Assembly (NCBI GenBank): GCA_024679065.1
Contig: JAGIQG010000006.1
Location: forward strand, 55,676,001 to 55,740,000
DNA: 64,000 nt
From: Sphyrna mokarran
Taxonomy: Eukaryota
Direction of reading: 5' to 3'
The notes under the pieces were generated by a model. That model did not search any database. It had not been told where the DNA came from and saw nothing but the letters and a program-made list of their open reading frames with translations. Every line of letters begins with the position of its first letter. Within the stretch, counting starts at the first letter, position 1. Both the position numbers and the translations under genes were made by a program. This document shows, one piece after another, positions 1 through 12,345 of the stretch.

Positions 1-82
1 AATGTGCAAACTCCCACAGATACCGGCCCAAATCCTGTATCTGCACAGCAACAGTAATAGTCACTGAGCTGTCATGTTGCCC
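1..82 (-). mobile_element. V-SINE (HE1-type) 5' fragment
   Basis: aatgtgcaaactcccacaga... is the reverse complement of the tgtggagtttgcacatt core shared by the other copies in the window. Confidence 0.65.
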
Positions 83-284
83 ATCAACTGGTCCAGTTTA
101 AGCATTCACTAACAACATGAAGCAATAGGCTACTCTCGAAAAATTCAAGAGCAGCTCTCTCACGACCCATCATGTGTATGCCCTTTGTTGGGCAACAAGG
201 TGAACCGAAGAATCTATCCGATAAAAGAGAAATACATCAACAACATGCACAACTTATGCAATTCCCAGGAACTTCCCAAGGCTC

Positions 285-1060
285 ATGATCCCTATTAAAT
301 CAGTCTACTATATCCCTCCATCCCTATTCCGCTCACGTGCCTAAGTATCTCTTAAATAACTCCAGCGTGCCTGCCTCCAGCACCTTACTTGGCAGTGCGT
401 TCCATACCCCCACCACCCTGTGTGAAAAACCACCCTCTTACATCCAAATTATACCTTGTCCCCCCTCACCCTAAGCCCATGGCCCCTCGTGATATTTGAT
501 TCCAATCCAGGAAAAAGTTTACCACTGTTTACTCCATCTATACCCTTCATAATCTTGTACACCTCTATTAGATCTCCTCTCAGTCTCTGTCTTTTTAAAG
601 AAAAAAGACAGCCCCAATTTACCTAACCTTTCCTCATAACTCAGTCCTTCCATATCAGGCAGCCTCCTGGTAAACCTCCTCTACACTGTCTCCAGGGTCT
701 CCACGTCCTTCCGGTAGTAAGGCAACCAGAACTGGACGCAGTACTCCAAATTAAGTCTAACGTTTTAAACAACTGCAACATTAAACGCCAGCCCTTGTAC
801 TCTGTACCCCTCCCTATAAAGGCTAGCATATGCTTTCTTCACAACCTTCTCCACCTGTTCTACCAACTTCAAAGACCTGCACCTGCACCCCCAGGTCCCT
901 CTCCATTTCTATACTCTTAATAGATCTATCCTTCATCATATAATTCCCCCCCTACATTCTTTCTTCCAAAAAGCATCACCTTACATTTATCAGGATTAAA
1001 TTCCATCTGACATATGTCTGCCCAATCTATCAGCCTATCCATGTCCTGCTGTTTCGCTAT
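285..1060 (-). mobile_element. CR1-clade LINE 3' part (degenerate end of RT ORF2)
   Basis: Antisense CR1 C-terminal hallmarks (ggcagtgcgttccata, ccagaactggacgcagtactccaa, aaattccatctg), similar to the copies at 19445, 32446 and 63266. Confidence 0.8.
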
Positions 1061-1752
1061 ATATAGCATCATGTTGCATTTTGTTTTTAAGAAATATATC
1101 AATCATTCACAAGAACATTTAAGCACAATTTCAAGGAGTTACAAATGGATGCACTCTACCCTGTCTTGAACACTTGGACATGGTGAAATCTTTTTTTGAG
1201 GGAAATTAGGAAAATAATACCAATGTGCAATTGATAATGTAATACTTGAATACTATTTCAAGATTCTCATTTCATTCAGTGTCCGATTACTTAACTCAAT
1301 AACTCACTACCAAATCATTTATTAAATGAGTACAAAGTTTTGGGACTGAATATCCTGCAAAGGTTCTTGCTGATTGCAATACACAAGATAATCACAGCTG
1401 GAGTTGAGAAGTAGATATTTGTGGAAAAGAAAGAATATCGTAAGCAGGGCAGTCACCACCAATAAAATTGAATCTTCAACTATTTATTTCTGGTTGGATA
1501 TAACCAAGTCTGATATGCTCCCATTCTGCTGTGGTGACTTCTAGACCCTCCAACACTAACTGTGTCACCATCAATTATCTTACAAAAGCTTCTGATCACA
1601 GCTGTCAGAATGAGAAACTAAAATTAAAGTAGGCACCTAAAAAGCCAGAGCATATCGAATAACCTTTTGCTACTCTCAGGAGATCACCTTGTTTGATCAA
1701 CGAAGACAAAACAAAATTAGGGGCATTCTGATAAAGCAGAACTGCGTGATGT

Positions 1753-2035
1753 ACAGTGGCACAATGGTTAGCACTGCTGCTTCATAGCACTAGGGACCCA
1801 GCTTGAATCACTGCCTGTGTGGAGACTGCACCTTCTCCCTGCGTCTGTGTGGGTTTACCCCAAGTGCTCCAGTTTCCTGTCAGAGTGTAAAAGACATGCA
1901 GATTAGGTGCATTGGCTATGCTAAATTCTCCCGTGCACCTGAACAGGTGCTGGAGCGTGACAGCCAGAGAATTTTCACAGTATCTTCATTGCAGTGTTAA
2001 TGCAAGTCTACTTATGAGACTAATAAATAAACTTT
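1753..2035 (+). mobile_element. V-SINE with alternative non-CR1 tail
   Basis: tRNA-like head (ggcacaatggttagcactgctgc), V-domain core, tail ...gcagtgttaatgcaagtctacttatgagactaataaataaacttt. Confidence 0.85.
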
Positions 2036-4664
2036 ATTCGCACCCATTTTAATCCCAACTTTGAGGATATAATGATTTATAATGAGAGGAGCATGTTGCC
2101 ATGTCAGCACACAATATATTGAAATTGTATGCCAGTGTTCACAAAGAGAAGAAAATCTTCCTTGAACTGCCTCTCAGTTTCTAGCTCATGCTCTTAGCAT
2201 TCCCTATTCTTGAATTTCTACACTTTTCCTCTGGCTGGATCACTATTACATCTTTTCTTGTTATGAAATCCAAAGCTTTGACTTTTTTCTGCTCAATTAC
2301 TTTAGCTCTCCATTTAAGTTTACTCTCCTGATGTTTCTTCAGTATATCTTCAGTGTTTGATATGATTCTAAGATCCATGATTGCTGGATGATAACGCTGC
2401 ATAATATTTTTAATACAACTTTTGATTATCTTCTATTTATTCACCCTGGGATCTTGTACCAGGGAAGACAAATCACAAGAAAGTGGAGTTTGCATTTCAG
2501 GCAAAGTGTATACTAATATACAACAAGAACATAACACTCTTTACAATGAGTAGTGGTGGTGGTGGGAAGGGGTGGAGTAGAGACACCTGACAGTATAAAA
2601 GAGGCAAAATATGTAAATCCTCAAAGCTCCTGGCATCTGAACAATCACAGTTCCTGGAATCAAAATGAAGAGGTAAAATAAAGCTCAGGCCGCCTTCTCC
2701 TGGTATTCGAATAGGCACAATGCAAAAGAAAAAAAAATGGGGCAAGCATCAATCAATATCCTCCACTTGAGATCTGCTCTCCCCACTACGGATGGAAGAA
2801 TATAAAAATAGCCAAAGGCCACGTGTTCTGGTCAGCTTTAAACACTTTGGTGCTTAAAAGTTTGTCAAATGCAGCTGTCAGATCAAGATAATAAAGCTTA
2901 GCAAAGCATGCAAGTTATTCCAGGTAGCTGCCTCAAGAGAAACACTTGCATGCAGGCCACAGAGCAGTCACAGTACGGGTAGAATGCCTGCTTGTGACTG
3001 CAGCTCTGTAATGAATAATTGAAGAATTTACGTTTCACAACTTACTCTTAGCTTTGTGGTTGTTTGCATAATTTTTTTGTAGGTAGAAAACTAAAGCTCA
3101 GTGCACACCAAAAGAAGTAATTTCACGCATGAGATGGCAGATAAGATTTTGCCATTCTGAGTTTCTGAAATAAATGAAACCGAGGTACAATCTTTGGCAG
3201 AAACAAAAACATACTCTACTATCCACTTGACTACCATTTGTTCACTGGTTTACTAGGGCTTCTGCACAAGTGAAGACAAATCACAACATGCCAAAAGAAG
3301 TGAAGGCTTATTTCAGGCAGATTTATGCAAATGAGCAATAGGAATACAACACACCCTCAAAGATGTCAAACCAAATATAAATACACCACCAAGACAACCT
3401 AAGTTGAGAGTATGAGTTGAGGGAGAACTATCAAAACAAGTTAACTGGTCACTCAACTCATTGCTGTTGCATAATCTGGTTAGATGTAATGCTTGCTACA
3501 TACCAATAGTCACTAAATGCTTGAAGCATTTTGAGGTTTTCTGAAAAGTGATAATGGTCTCCAATGAAGTAAGTCTTTGAGATTACATAACACTGAGGCA
3601 TTATTTTATTTTTTCTACGAAGTTTTGGGATGTATTATATCCCTGCCATCATTTTGTCAACTCATCATTTGCAAAGATGTGACAGATGATAATTCCAGAA
3701 CATGTATATCCTATGAAACCATATCTCTGACAGATTACTACAGTAAAGATGACATTGGATAAACAGAATTGTCATAAAAAGAACAATATATAGCACAGCA
3801 AAAACCAAAATAACCATTTTTCATACACATCTGAAAAATTTCAGGTACATCGTAAGTACTTTTTCCACCAACATTTATCCACTTGTTTAATTGATTTAAC
3901 GTGCGTTTTACATTCTTCTTTGTTTCCTCATGTGCACTTCTGCAAAACTGAGTGATTGGACCATAGAATTCCAACAGTACTTAAATAAAAGATGTTTTAA
4001 TTATCAGTGCAAAATCTTCATTACTCAGATATTCTTGCTTACATCAATTGCAAATAGAGATGGAAAATACTAAAAAGTGAAATATTTTTTAGATAATATC
4101 CTCCGACTTTCAGTGCAAAACCTCATTGTCACAAAAACTCAGGGGTCTCACAGCATCCACTGGTGGAAATTTATCACCCCCCCCCCAACCCCCGAACCTT
4201 GAAAAGGACACTGCCATCATTACAAAGCAAACTTGTCAGCTGGCACTGCACTTCAACCTCTGACCTCCAACACAGCAAGAAATTCGTTCACAGTCCCAGC
4301 AGCATTAAAACGGGGTGGGGGAAATGTCTCCAGAAGCAGCCTACTGCCTTGTTTCCTTTCAATGGTGGCACACAGACTTGGTCAAGCAACACAATCCCAC
4401 AGACTTAATAAACAAACCATTTTTTATGTGTATTTGACGGGTCCTCGCCCTCGTTTTAACAACTGCTTTCACAAGCATTTAGCTGCTGAGAAGCTTCTAT
4501 TCTTGCCTCAAATTTGATTAATTTGCGCTATTCTTGTGTCTACTTTTTGAGCACAATGAAAATGAACTGGCTTTTAGTCAATGTACAAGCAATTTAAATC
4601 AGAACTCTTCATACTTTTGCAAAAGCAATGATAATGGCGGCTACTGGCTTGCTAATACTTGATG

Positions 4665-4885
4665 CGGAGATGCCTGTGTTGGACTGGGGTAAACACAGTA
4701 AGGAGTCTGACAACACCAGGTTTAAGTCCAACCGACTTATTTGATACTAAATTCACAAGCTTTCGAGGCGTTTTGACCTCTTCACCTGACAAAGAGGTCA
4801 AAACACCTCGAAAGCTTGAGAGTTTACTACCAAATAAATCGGTTGGACTTAACCCTGGTGTTGTCAGACTTGTTAGTACTTCCCA
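4665..4885. mobile_element. Penelope-like element terminal fragment arranged as an inverted repeat
   Basis: Arms of about 79 bp (4704-4782 and 4792-4870) around a 9-nt spacer; contains ctga..gaaagctt and aaataaatcggttggactt motifs typical of Penelope pseudo-LTRs. Confidence 0.8.
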
Positions 4886-7219
4886 GCAACACAAAGTGGA
4901 ACTTTTTTCCTGACAATCAAATTCTATCTGTCCAAAAGCAGGAGGACTGGAATCAGAAAGAGGCAATTGCTGCAAAATTAAAATAAGTGGCACCTTCCTA
5001 TAGTGTATGCAGATGTAAGTAAACATTATATAGATTCAGATGTGCTGCAGTAATATTTTGCCTCCTCCACCATCTGCCTACCCTTTATATGCAAAACTAA
5101 TCAGCGCAAGCCAGCCATTCTTTCCTCCCCCTCTCAAAAAATCACTTAAAAGGGCCTAATGTGATTCAGCAAGTAGACTGCTGAGACTTAAAAAAACACA
5201 TATGAGCCTTATGTAGTCTCTAGAGCCTGACAAATACAGGCTAGACTCTCAGCTGCACAGAGACTTATTTTACCAGTGGGTGGGTGCAAGGGATCTCATT
5301 TTATCTCTTGAGGGAGACCATGTTCAATCTCCAAATTGAAATTAAAGCTAAAACCTGCTCCTCATCCTCTTGTTCTAAAAATATCTACACTCCCTACTTT
5401 ACAAAATAAATAAATACTCTTCCGCAACTTGTAATGTTGTCTTTTTCTTCTAGAGCAGCCAATCATTCAGCTTGCAGGACAGAGCTCTACTTCCCAGGAT
5501 TAATTCTCAATGTGTTCCATTTTAGATAACTGTTCTGCACAAACAGCACTCACCAGTCAAAATATCCACTGTAAGGCACTTCCTTTCGCCTTTTAAATCA
5601 CCCAAGGTAGCTAAAGTTCTGCAACTGGCCTCTGGCATGGATTGTGCTATGTCACATAATTAACTGTGATTAATGCTCCATTTTAAATGTCAAACAACAA
5701 TAATTTCATAAGCGACAGCATGTTTTAATACACTTAGAAAAGCAGGTGGCTTGCATCATTGCCTTTACATACACAGCCTGACGGAATGCAACAATGGCCT
5801 GGCACATCAAAGAGTCAATTAGTATGTGCAAGCTGCAATGTCTTGTGGGTAATTATCATAATCTTCTGCGCCTCCTAATTAAGGCACAGATAGAGCATCT
5901 ATCTGCAAGTCCATAATGACTGATTCTTCATACCACTCTAACACTAGGAGAGATGGCCTCTGCGGGAACCACTGGCAGTTCCGCCATACTGATGGAGTTT
6001 GGACAGGCAAGTCAAGTCCAAGGTCTTGCCAGGGTCTGGTTGGCATCAGTGCTGGGGGGTATGCATCACTGGCACTGCCAAAGTATGTGTCATAAAGATG
6101 GGAATGAGTGAGGATCTGAGTGGGAATGGACTAGGTAGGAGCGATGAGAAGCTTGTAGTGCTCTCCTGGTTAGTGGGGGCTTGGCGTGGTGGGGAGGGAC
6201 AATCATTTCATTTTTGGGGGATAGGGCCTATCACTTCATGCAGAGATCAAGGTGCCTTTTCAAAATAGTTTTGCAATCTGAATAGTGGGCTTTCCGTGAT
6301 GGATTCACTTGCATATTTCTTCAGGTGGGTAACCCTCCAGCTGACCAACACGACCAATGCAAAGCACTCATTTTCCCACTGGTGTAGGCACATAGCTTGA
6401 AAATGGGAGAATTCCACCCAACACTTCTTCCAAGCCACAGTACAGGCATTCTCCAAATCTTCGAACAATATTGCCTCCTGAGAAAAGTGACCCAAGTTCA
6501 ATGCAGACGCTACTTGCATTTCATTCCATGTTTTAAATACTGATATTGAAACTCGTGCTGTGAAATGTTTGCTGCCTAAATACCCTGCTGAAATCTGCTG
6601 GGATGCCACAGAGTTTTGGTGTAAACAACAGAAGGTTTTCAAAATGGAGAAATCTGTAAACAGAATGATTCAAGTATATCTGGCCATAACTAAAGGGCGA
6701 AATGTCACACCTCATGCTGGGCAACAACTGAATCACTCAAAGATCCCAGGTTCAAAAGATGGTATTTGTCATGTCAAGAATGTACACATTAACACTGAGT
6801 CATGGTTGCAGCACTGGGGAGAGTACCAAGTGGTAAAATCATGGAGCTTATTGCAATCTATTTTGAAACCACTCCTGAAAGTTCCTGTATTCTTGCAGCA
6901 AGTGTGCCACAAGCTTTTCAGTAGCAGCAGTTGTGAAGCAGAGGCCACACACGTTGTAGTTTCAATTCTTCAGATATACATTCTGTTCAGAGGAGATCAT
7001 AGTTCACTTACATCTGACACAAAACACCTACAGTTTTAAGAGACGTTCCTGGTTCTGCCCTTTACTGACTTTGAATCTATCTCCATTAAGTGCATCATCA
7101 CAGACGAAGTTAGGATTGCAGCTTACCTGTGAACCTGTATCTTCAGAAGCAATGTCACCTGCAAACCTCCTTGTTAAGGTAACTTTACATAATAAAGGAT
7201 ACATAAAGCACAGAGACCA

Positions 7220-7350
7220 GGGCTAAAACCTTCTGTTCGTATTACATCACCATCACAAGTGAGGATGAAGAATTTGATGTTCAGCCAAATCTTCGTTCAT
7301 TGCTGCAGGATTGGAGAATTCCACTAGTGTGAATGGTTGGAGAATTTTTT
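7220..7350 (+). repeat. short interspersed MITE-like repeat, copy 1
   Basis: Shares gaatttg..cagccaaatct.c.ttcattgc with 49257-49357. Confidence 0.55.
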
Positions 7351-8167
7351 GGAAATCCAAAAATCAAGCATTCACTATACAAGCAAACATGTATAGTATT
7401 AACTATAACTGTCCTAATTAGCTGGTTATGTTAAAGACATTAAAAGTGCCATGAACTGTTAATTACCTCAACCAGACATGACTCAAATTTATTTCTATAC
7501 ACTTTAGACTTAAACACTTAAAACTCAAGTCAAACAATCATCAAAAATTGAAGCATTTGCCAATTAGTATGAGTACTGCTTTGAAGATTTGTGTAAGCGC
7601 TGAGATGTCTTGGGCCAAATGCTGACTTCTGGCAAGGTTCTCTTTTCAAATCTCCTCCAATAGTTCAAGACTCTCAATTGCATACAGGCGCCACAGATAT
7701 TTTAAGTAGAGTCACTTCGGGTCAGAACTCTCCTACTTACAATATTCTTATATTCTGCAGTTTTGCATCTAAATATCTCTCTCCTCAACTTGATATCCAA
7801 CTCACTATTAGTGGAGTCCTTCACTTAACAAGAGTTCTAAACTCTCTTAGCCAGCACCCAGAATTTCAACTTAATTCTGCTTGCTATTTTCCCAGTTCTA
7901 CAGCTAATTTGCTTTAAGCTCAAAGAACTTGTTTGAAATAGAACTACTCCCCTTATAATTTATTCCTTTTTACACTTTTTGCATTGTTTGTCATCCAGAC
8001 ATCTTGGTCTCATGATCAGTTACTGGATGCAACTGCATTACCAGAAATGATCTCCCAGAGAAACAGTTCTTAAAAAGGACCCAGTCCCGGCTTAGGTTCT
8101 TCCCCAAAAGCACATGGTCCATCATACTTTGAAGCCAATTTTGAGATAGAAGTCAAATAACATGAGG

Positions 8168-8285
8168 AGATGGTGATGTAATGATACTGTCATTATCACT
8201 AATCCAGAAGTCCAGGCAACTGGTGAAATTTGAATCAATTAATAAATGTAGAACTAGTCCCAGCAATAATGGCTTTGATTATAAT
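8168..8285 (+). mobile_element. degenerate SINE 5' fragment
   Basis: cactaatccagaag...ctggtgaaatttgaatcaattaataaa resembles a common shark tRNA-derived SINE head. Confidence 0.45.
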
Positions 8286-8293
8286 CATCTATT

Positions 8294-8592
8294 GGGCAGC
8301 AGAGTAGCAAAACAGTTAGCACTGCTGCCTCTCCGAGCCAGGGATCCAAGTTCAATTTTCCCTTGGGTGATTGCCCATGTGGAGTTTGCATGTTCTCCTT
8401 GTGTCTGCATGGGTTTCCCTCCAGATGCTCTGGTTTCTTCCCACAGTCCACAGATGTGTTAGCCACGCTAAATGTGAGGTTATGGGGGCAGGGCAGGAGA
8501 AAGGGGTGGGCCTAAATAAAATGCTCTTTCAGAGAGTTGCTGCAGACTCAATGGACTGAATGGCATTTTTCTGCACTGTTAGGATTCTATGG
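8294..8592 (+). mobile_element. V-SINE (HE1-type) with CR1-derived tail
   Basis: Head gggcagc..gttagcactgctgcctc, core tgtggagtttgcatgttctcc, tail atggactgaatggc...ctgcactgttaggattctatg. Confidence 0.85.
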
Positions 8593-11500
8593 AAGAACTG
8601 GTAAACCGAATAGTTTTGACATTTTAAGACCAAAGTTCAACTTCAAATATTCTTGAGTGAGGAATTAACATGATAAACAGATGCACCATAAATGTTTCCT
8701 ATTCTATTCTCCCTGCAATAGAAAACCTATACCTCAATTTAAGAAAAAAAACCACACTGCTACACCAATCCTGAATTTCCATTTTTAAACTACTTAAGTC
8801 TCTAAGCCTATTACAGGTAGATTGTCAATGTAGTGCTAACTATTGCCAAATTATTGCTAATAGAAATCATTAATATCAGCTTTGCATAATCAGAATTGGA
8901 TGGAGATTGCTTGCACACCTTTCATTTAGGATTCAGCAGAGTTTGATTCAATTAGCCAAATCCGTATTGAAAAGATAGTGCTCAAACTCACTACAAAAAT
9001 CCAAGCCTGTATTTGCATATTATGTACACCCTATGTCCAATATCACAGCAAAGGATCTATTAACAAACCATGTAATCATAAGCTTGAATCTCATGCAGAT
9101 CATCCCCTTGGGGTTCACGTCTTTCTGCTGGCAATACATTTTTGCAATATTTACCCGATTATTGGGCATTGGAGTTAATCAGCACACCTGAGTGCTCTAC
9201 CTGAGAGCGACATTTTAAAATCACAACCTTAGATAGCATATTCATCAAGCCAACAGGAAACATGTGACAGCAGGTGTATGAAAAGTTTACATTACATACT
9301 GTTCTTCTCACATAGATGAATGAGACCAAGTAATTCATGGAATGCGATCTCCATAAATACGATTGGCAAATACTTTCTTCATGATTGCAGCTCCTTTGAC
9401 AGGAAACAAAACTGCAGCATTCCAGATATTTTCTTAAGCCTTTTACATCTATTGACATTCTTTGAAACAAATCCACTCTCTGGGAATAAATGGTGAAAAC
9501 CCAGTGAGTCAAATGATATGCATACATTTCACGTGAATACCCAGTTTAATCAGAAATGGGAAGGCTATAATAAAATAACTTCTATTTAAACTGGTAAGCA
9601 CATTGAGAATTTAATCTGATGCTCAAGTTCGCACTGGTGAAAGACCCAAAAAGTACTTAACGTGACAAAGACACAAGTACTGATCAAAAGGCACTTGCAA
9701 TATTGCACTGAGCTCACAAGAGAAACAGTTTCAGTTTCTCCTGTGTTAACCCATATAATCTGAACAAACGATGCACAGGAGTAACACATTTACACCACTA
9801 GGCAGAGGTACCCACGGAGGAGACTAAATGCAATGAATGACACAAGAAATTAATTTTTTCCCTGCCCTTTCTTCTACTCTCTATTCAGCAGGTACACATA
9901 CATGTATGTGTAAAATAATGAAGGAGAATCAGTCAAGAGTGAGAGAATTTATAGGTAATCCCCATGTAATGGGACATCAGCCACCACTCCTAATACATTC
10001 CCATCATTATCAACTAGAGGCATCTTAGAAGTAAGGCACGCAAGTTATTTCAGTTGAGGCATCCTCTCATGACAAACTGTTCAATCTAAAGCACAGTTTC
10101 ATTTCAGCCCCCAGCAGCTGACCTTTGTTCTTGCCACATTTAGAAAAGAATCCCTGCCCTCCCAATGCCCAGCTGGCATCCACAGCTTCCTGAGCAAATA
10201 CCCCGATTTCAGTCACACTGGAGAGCACGCTGATTCATACAGAAACAGCGTCCCCAGGGATTCCATTCCACTATTTTCATCCCGCTTAATGACTTCAAAG
10301 AGCGAAGGAAAACGAACCGTTTAGGAATCAATGGAGAAAAATAATGATAAAGTGCAATGCAAGTTCATGTTTGGACATCTCTTGCCACACTGGTCATAGG
10401 GTTTTGTTACAGCAACTTTTACTTTCTCTCTTCCTGCTGACTCCCAAAAGAATAATCACTGCTATGCAGACAGGCAAGAAACTCATTTTCCCCCTATAAT
10501 AGATGCCATAATTTTGAAGAAAACTTGGCTTTGCATTCGTAGGAGTGTCTCTGACAGGTCTTCAGTGGGTATTTATGTGATATGTTTTTAATGTAAAAAG
10601 AATCTGACAGTTTACATAAGGGATGTGACCTCATGACTGCAACCCCAGCTCTCTGATTTTCCAGATGGAAGCAGATTAGCCTCCAGCTTTCATCCTTTAA
10701 CAGGAGGGGCTTTTAACTTCTGGCATAGCAAAGCTGGTGGAAAAAGTGATCTTGGTGACTGTATAAGCCACACAAAAGGGAGTATCACAAATGTCTGCTA
10801 ATGTCTATCCTTCACAATGCCCTCTTAAAAATCAACAGGAAAAAAGTTAATCTTGAAGTGAAAGGGTGACGGCAGAATTTAGTTCAACTGAATGCTCTCC
10901 TAGAAGTCAACATGAAAATGATTCCACCAACTTCTTCTCCCTGAAGAAAAGGTGTGAACTATTCCATAATAATCCCCAAAATGTACCAGGAAAAGAATGG
11001 TGTGAGAGATTGCACTTAATACTTTTGGAAGAAAAGGAAATGGTAAAAAGACAGACATGGGTGGCTAATCAAAGAGGACCAAAAGGTGACTGCACACTGT
11101 GTGAGCACATTTCCCACTTTACCCAAAGTCAAAAACTGAATAATCAGATTAGAACTGAGACGGCAAAAAAAAAGCGTGGGGCACGGAGGGGGAATGGAAG
11201 CATCATCTACCGTTTTTAGAAAAGTCATGGTCAGAAAGCTATGCATTTTCCCACCTCTACACGATAAGCAATTACCTCATCCTTATAAAAAAAATTACCT
11301 CATCCTTCACTTTATTTTCATTACTATGGCAACTCCATATAGAAGGAAGCTATTGTCTGGCATCCTAGCTGATTAAAGCTGCTCGCAATACCACACACCT
11401 TAAAAATACAACTAAGCACATTCTTGTTGCCTTCATTTTCATATGGTCTTCTCTTAAAATGTAGAGCACCCAACAAACACTAGCAGTTGATTCCAGGAAT

Positions 11501-12059
11501 TGTTGTCACCAAGAACAACAACTGACAACGTTAAAACAATTGCCCCCCCCCCCGCCAGCCCCAATGTGTAAGGAAACATCATCCAAGTCCAATACTGGTA
11601 AGTTAGAACAACATAAATTACATTTTGACCTTCAATCTTTAGGAAGTAGAACTCCTTCAAAAATGTGAAAAATGATTTCAAAATAATCTTGAATTAGCTT
11701 TGCCGAATTTAGCAATAACAATGTCAAATAAAGTTTAAAATCTCCTTGAGGCTGAATTGGGTCTCTCAGTTGTGTATTTGCTTGGAACTGGTTCATATCT
11801 CTGTGTATCCAACTACTGTAGAACAGTGCTTAAATAAGGCACGGAACTAATTACAATAGATCAGTGACTTTGCTCAGTGGCAGCACAGAGCATGGCTGGT
11901 AAATGGACACTTACAAACAAGGTTGGAGGTTGCAGATCAAAGTGCTGGGGTCAGTAATGGCATAGACTGCTGCTGACTGACACTTCCTCAACTTAATGAA
12001 TTCCTTGTAAACTCAGTGCTTGATTAGATCAGTCAAGTATAGCAAATTATAGAACTCTC

Positions 12060-12345
12060 TCTTTTCCAAGTCTTCTCCTTTGCAGTGCTGAAACTGCTCA
12101 TGCTTAGACACAGCTCCATGGGTTCCAACAGCTTAATGGTACCCTAGCCATATTCTTCAGGTGTGAACCTGAAAGGTGACGACAGACTATTCAAATGTCG
12201 GGAGATTTCACTTGGCATCCATAGCATCTGTCCTGTTGCTCCTTCAGAGTTTAGCTAATTCACCATAACCCAGGGAACTAATCTGGGCTTTTCACGATCT
12301 GGATGGCTTAGTTTCACAAGGCAGTGTGTTGATTCACTAAACTAT
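12060..12345 (-). mobile_element. old LF-SINE-like SINE remnant
   Basis: Antisense tRNA-like head (agctaattcaccataacccagggaactaatctggg...) plus a body segment; related pieces near 23810-23930, 24450-24630 and 44360-44425. Highly diverged. Confidence 0.4.

Noticed and set aside
1753-1810. tRNA genes at SINE heads
   Set aside because: These are tRNA-derived SINE heads without a complete cloverleaf.
4652-5026. Antiparallel ORFs sharing LTTPGLSPTDLF..SFRGVLTS
   Set aside because: An artefact of the DNA palindrome at 4704-4870, not a protein family.
6560-7039. Longest ORF in the track (159 aa)
   Set aside because: Non-ATG start, no recognisable domain or splice context, and it lies in intronic, repeat-derived sequence.
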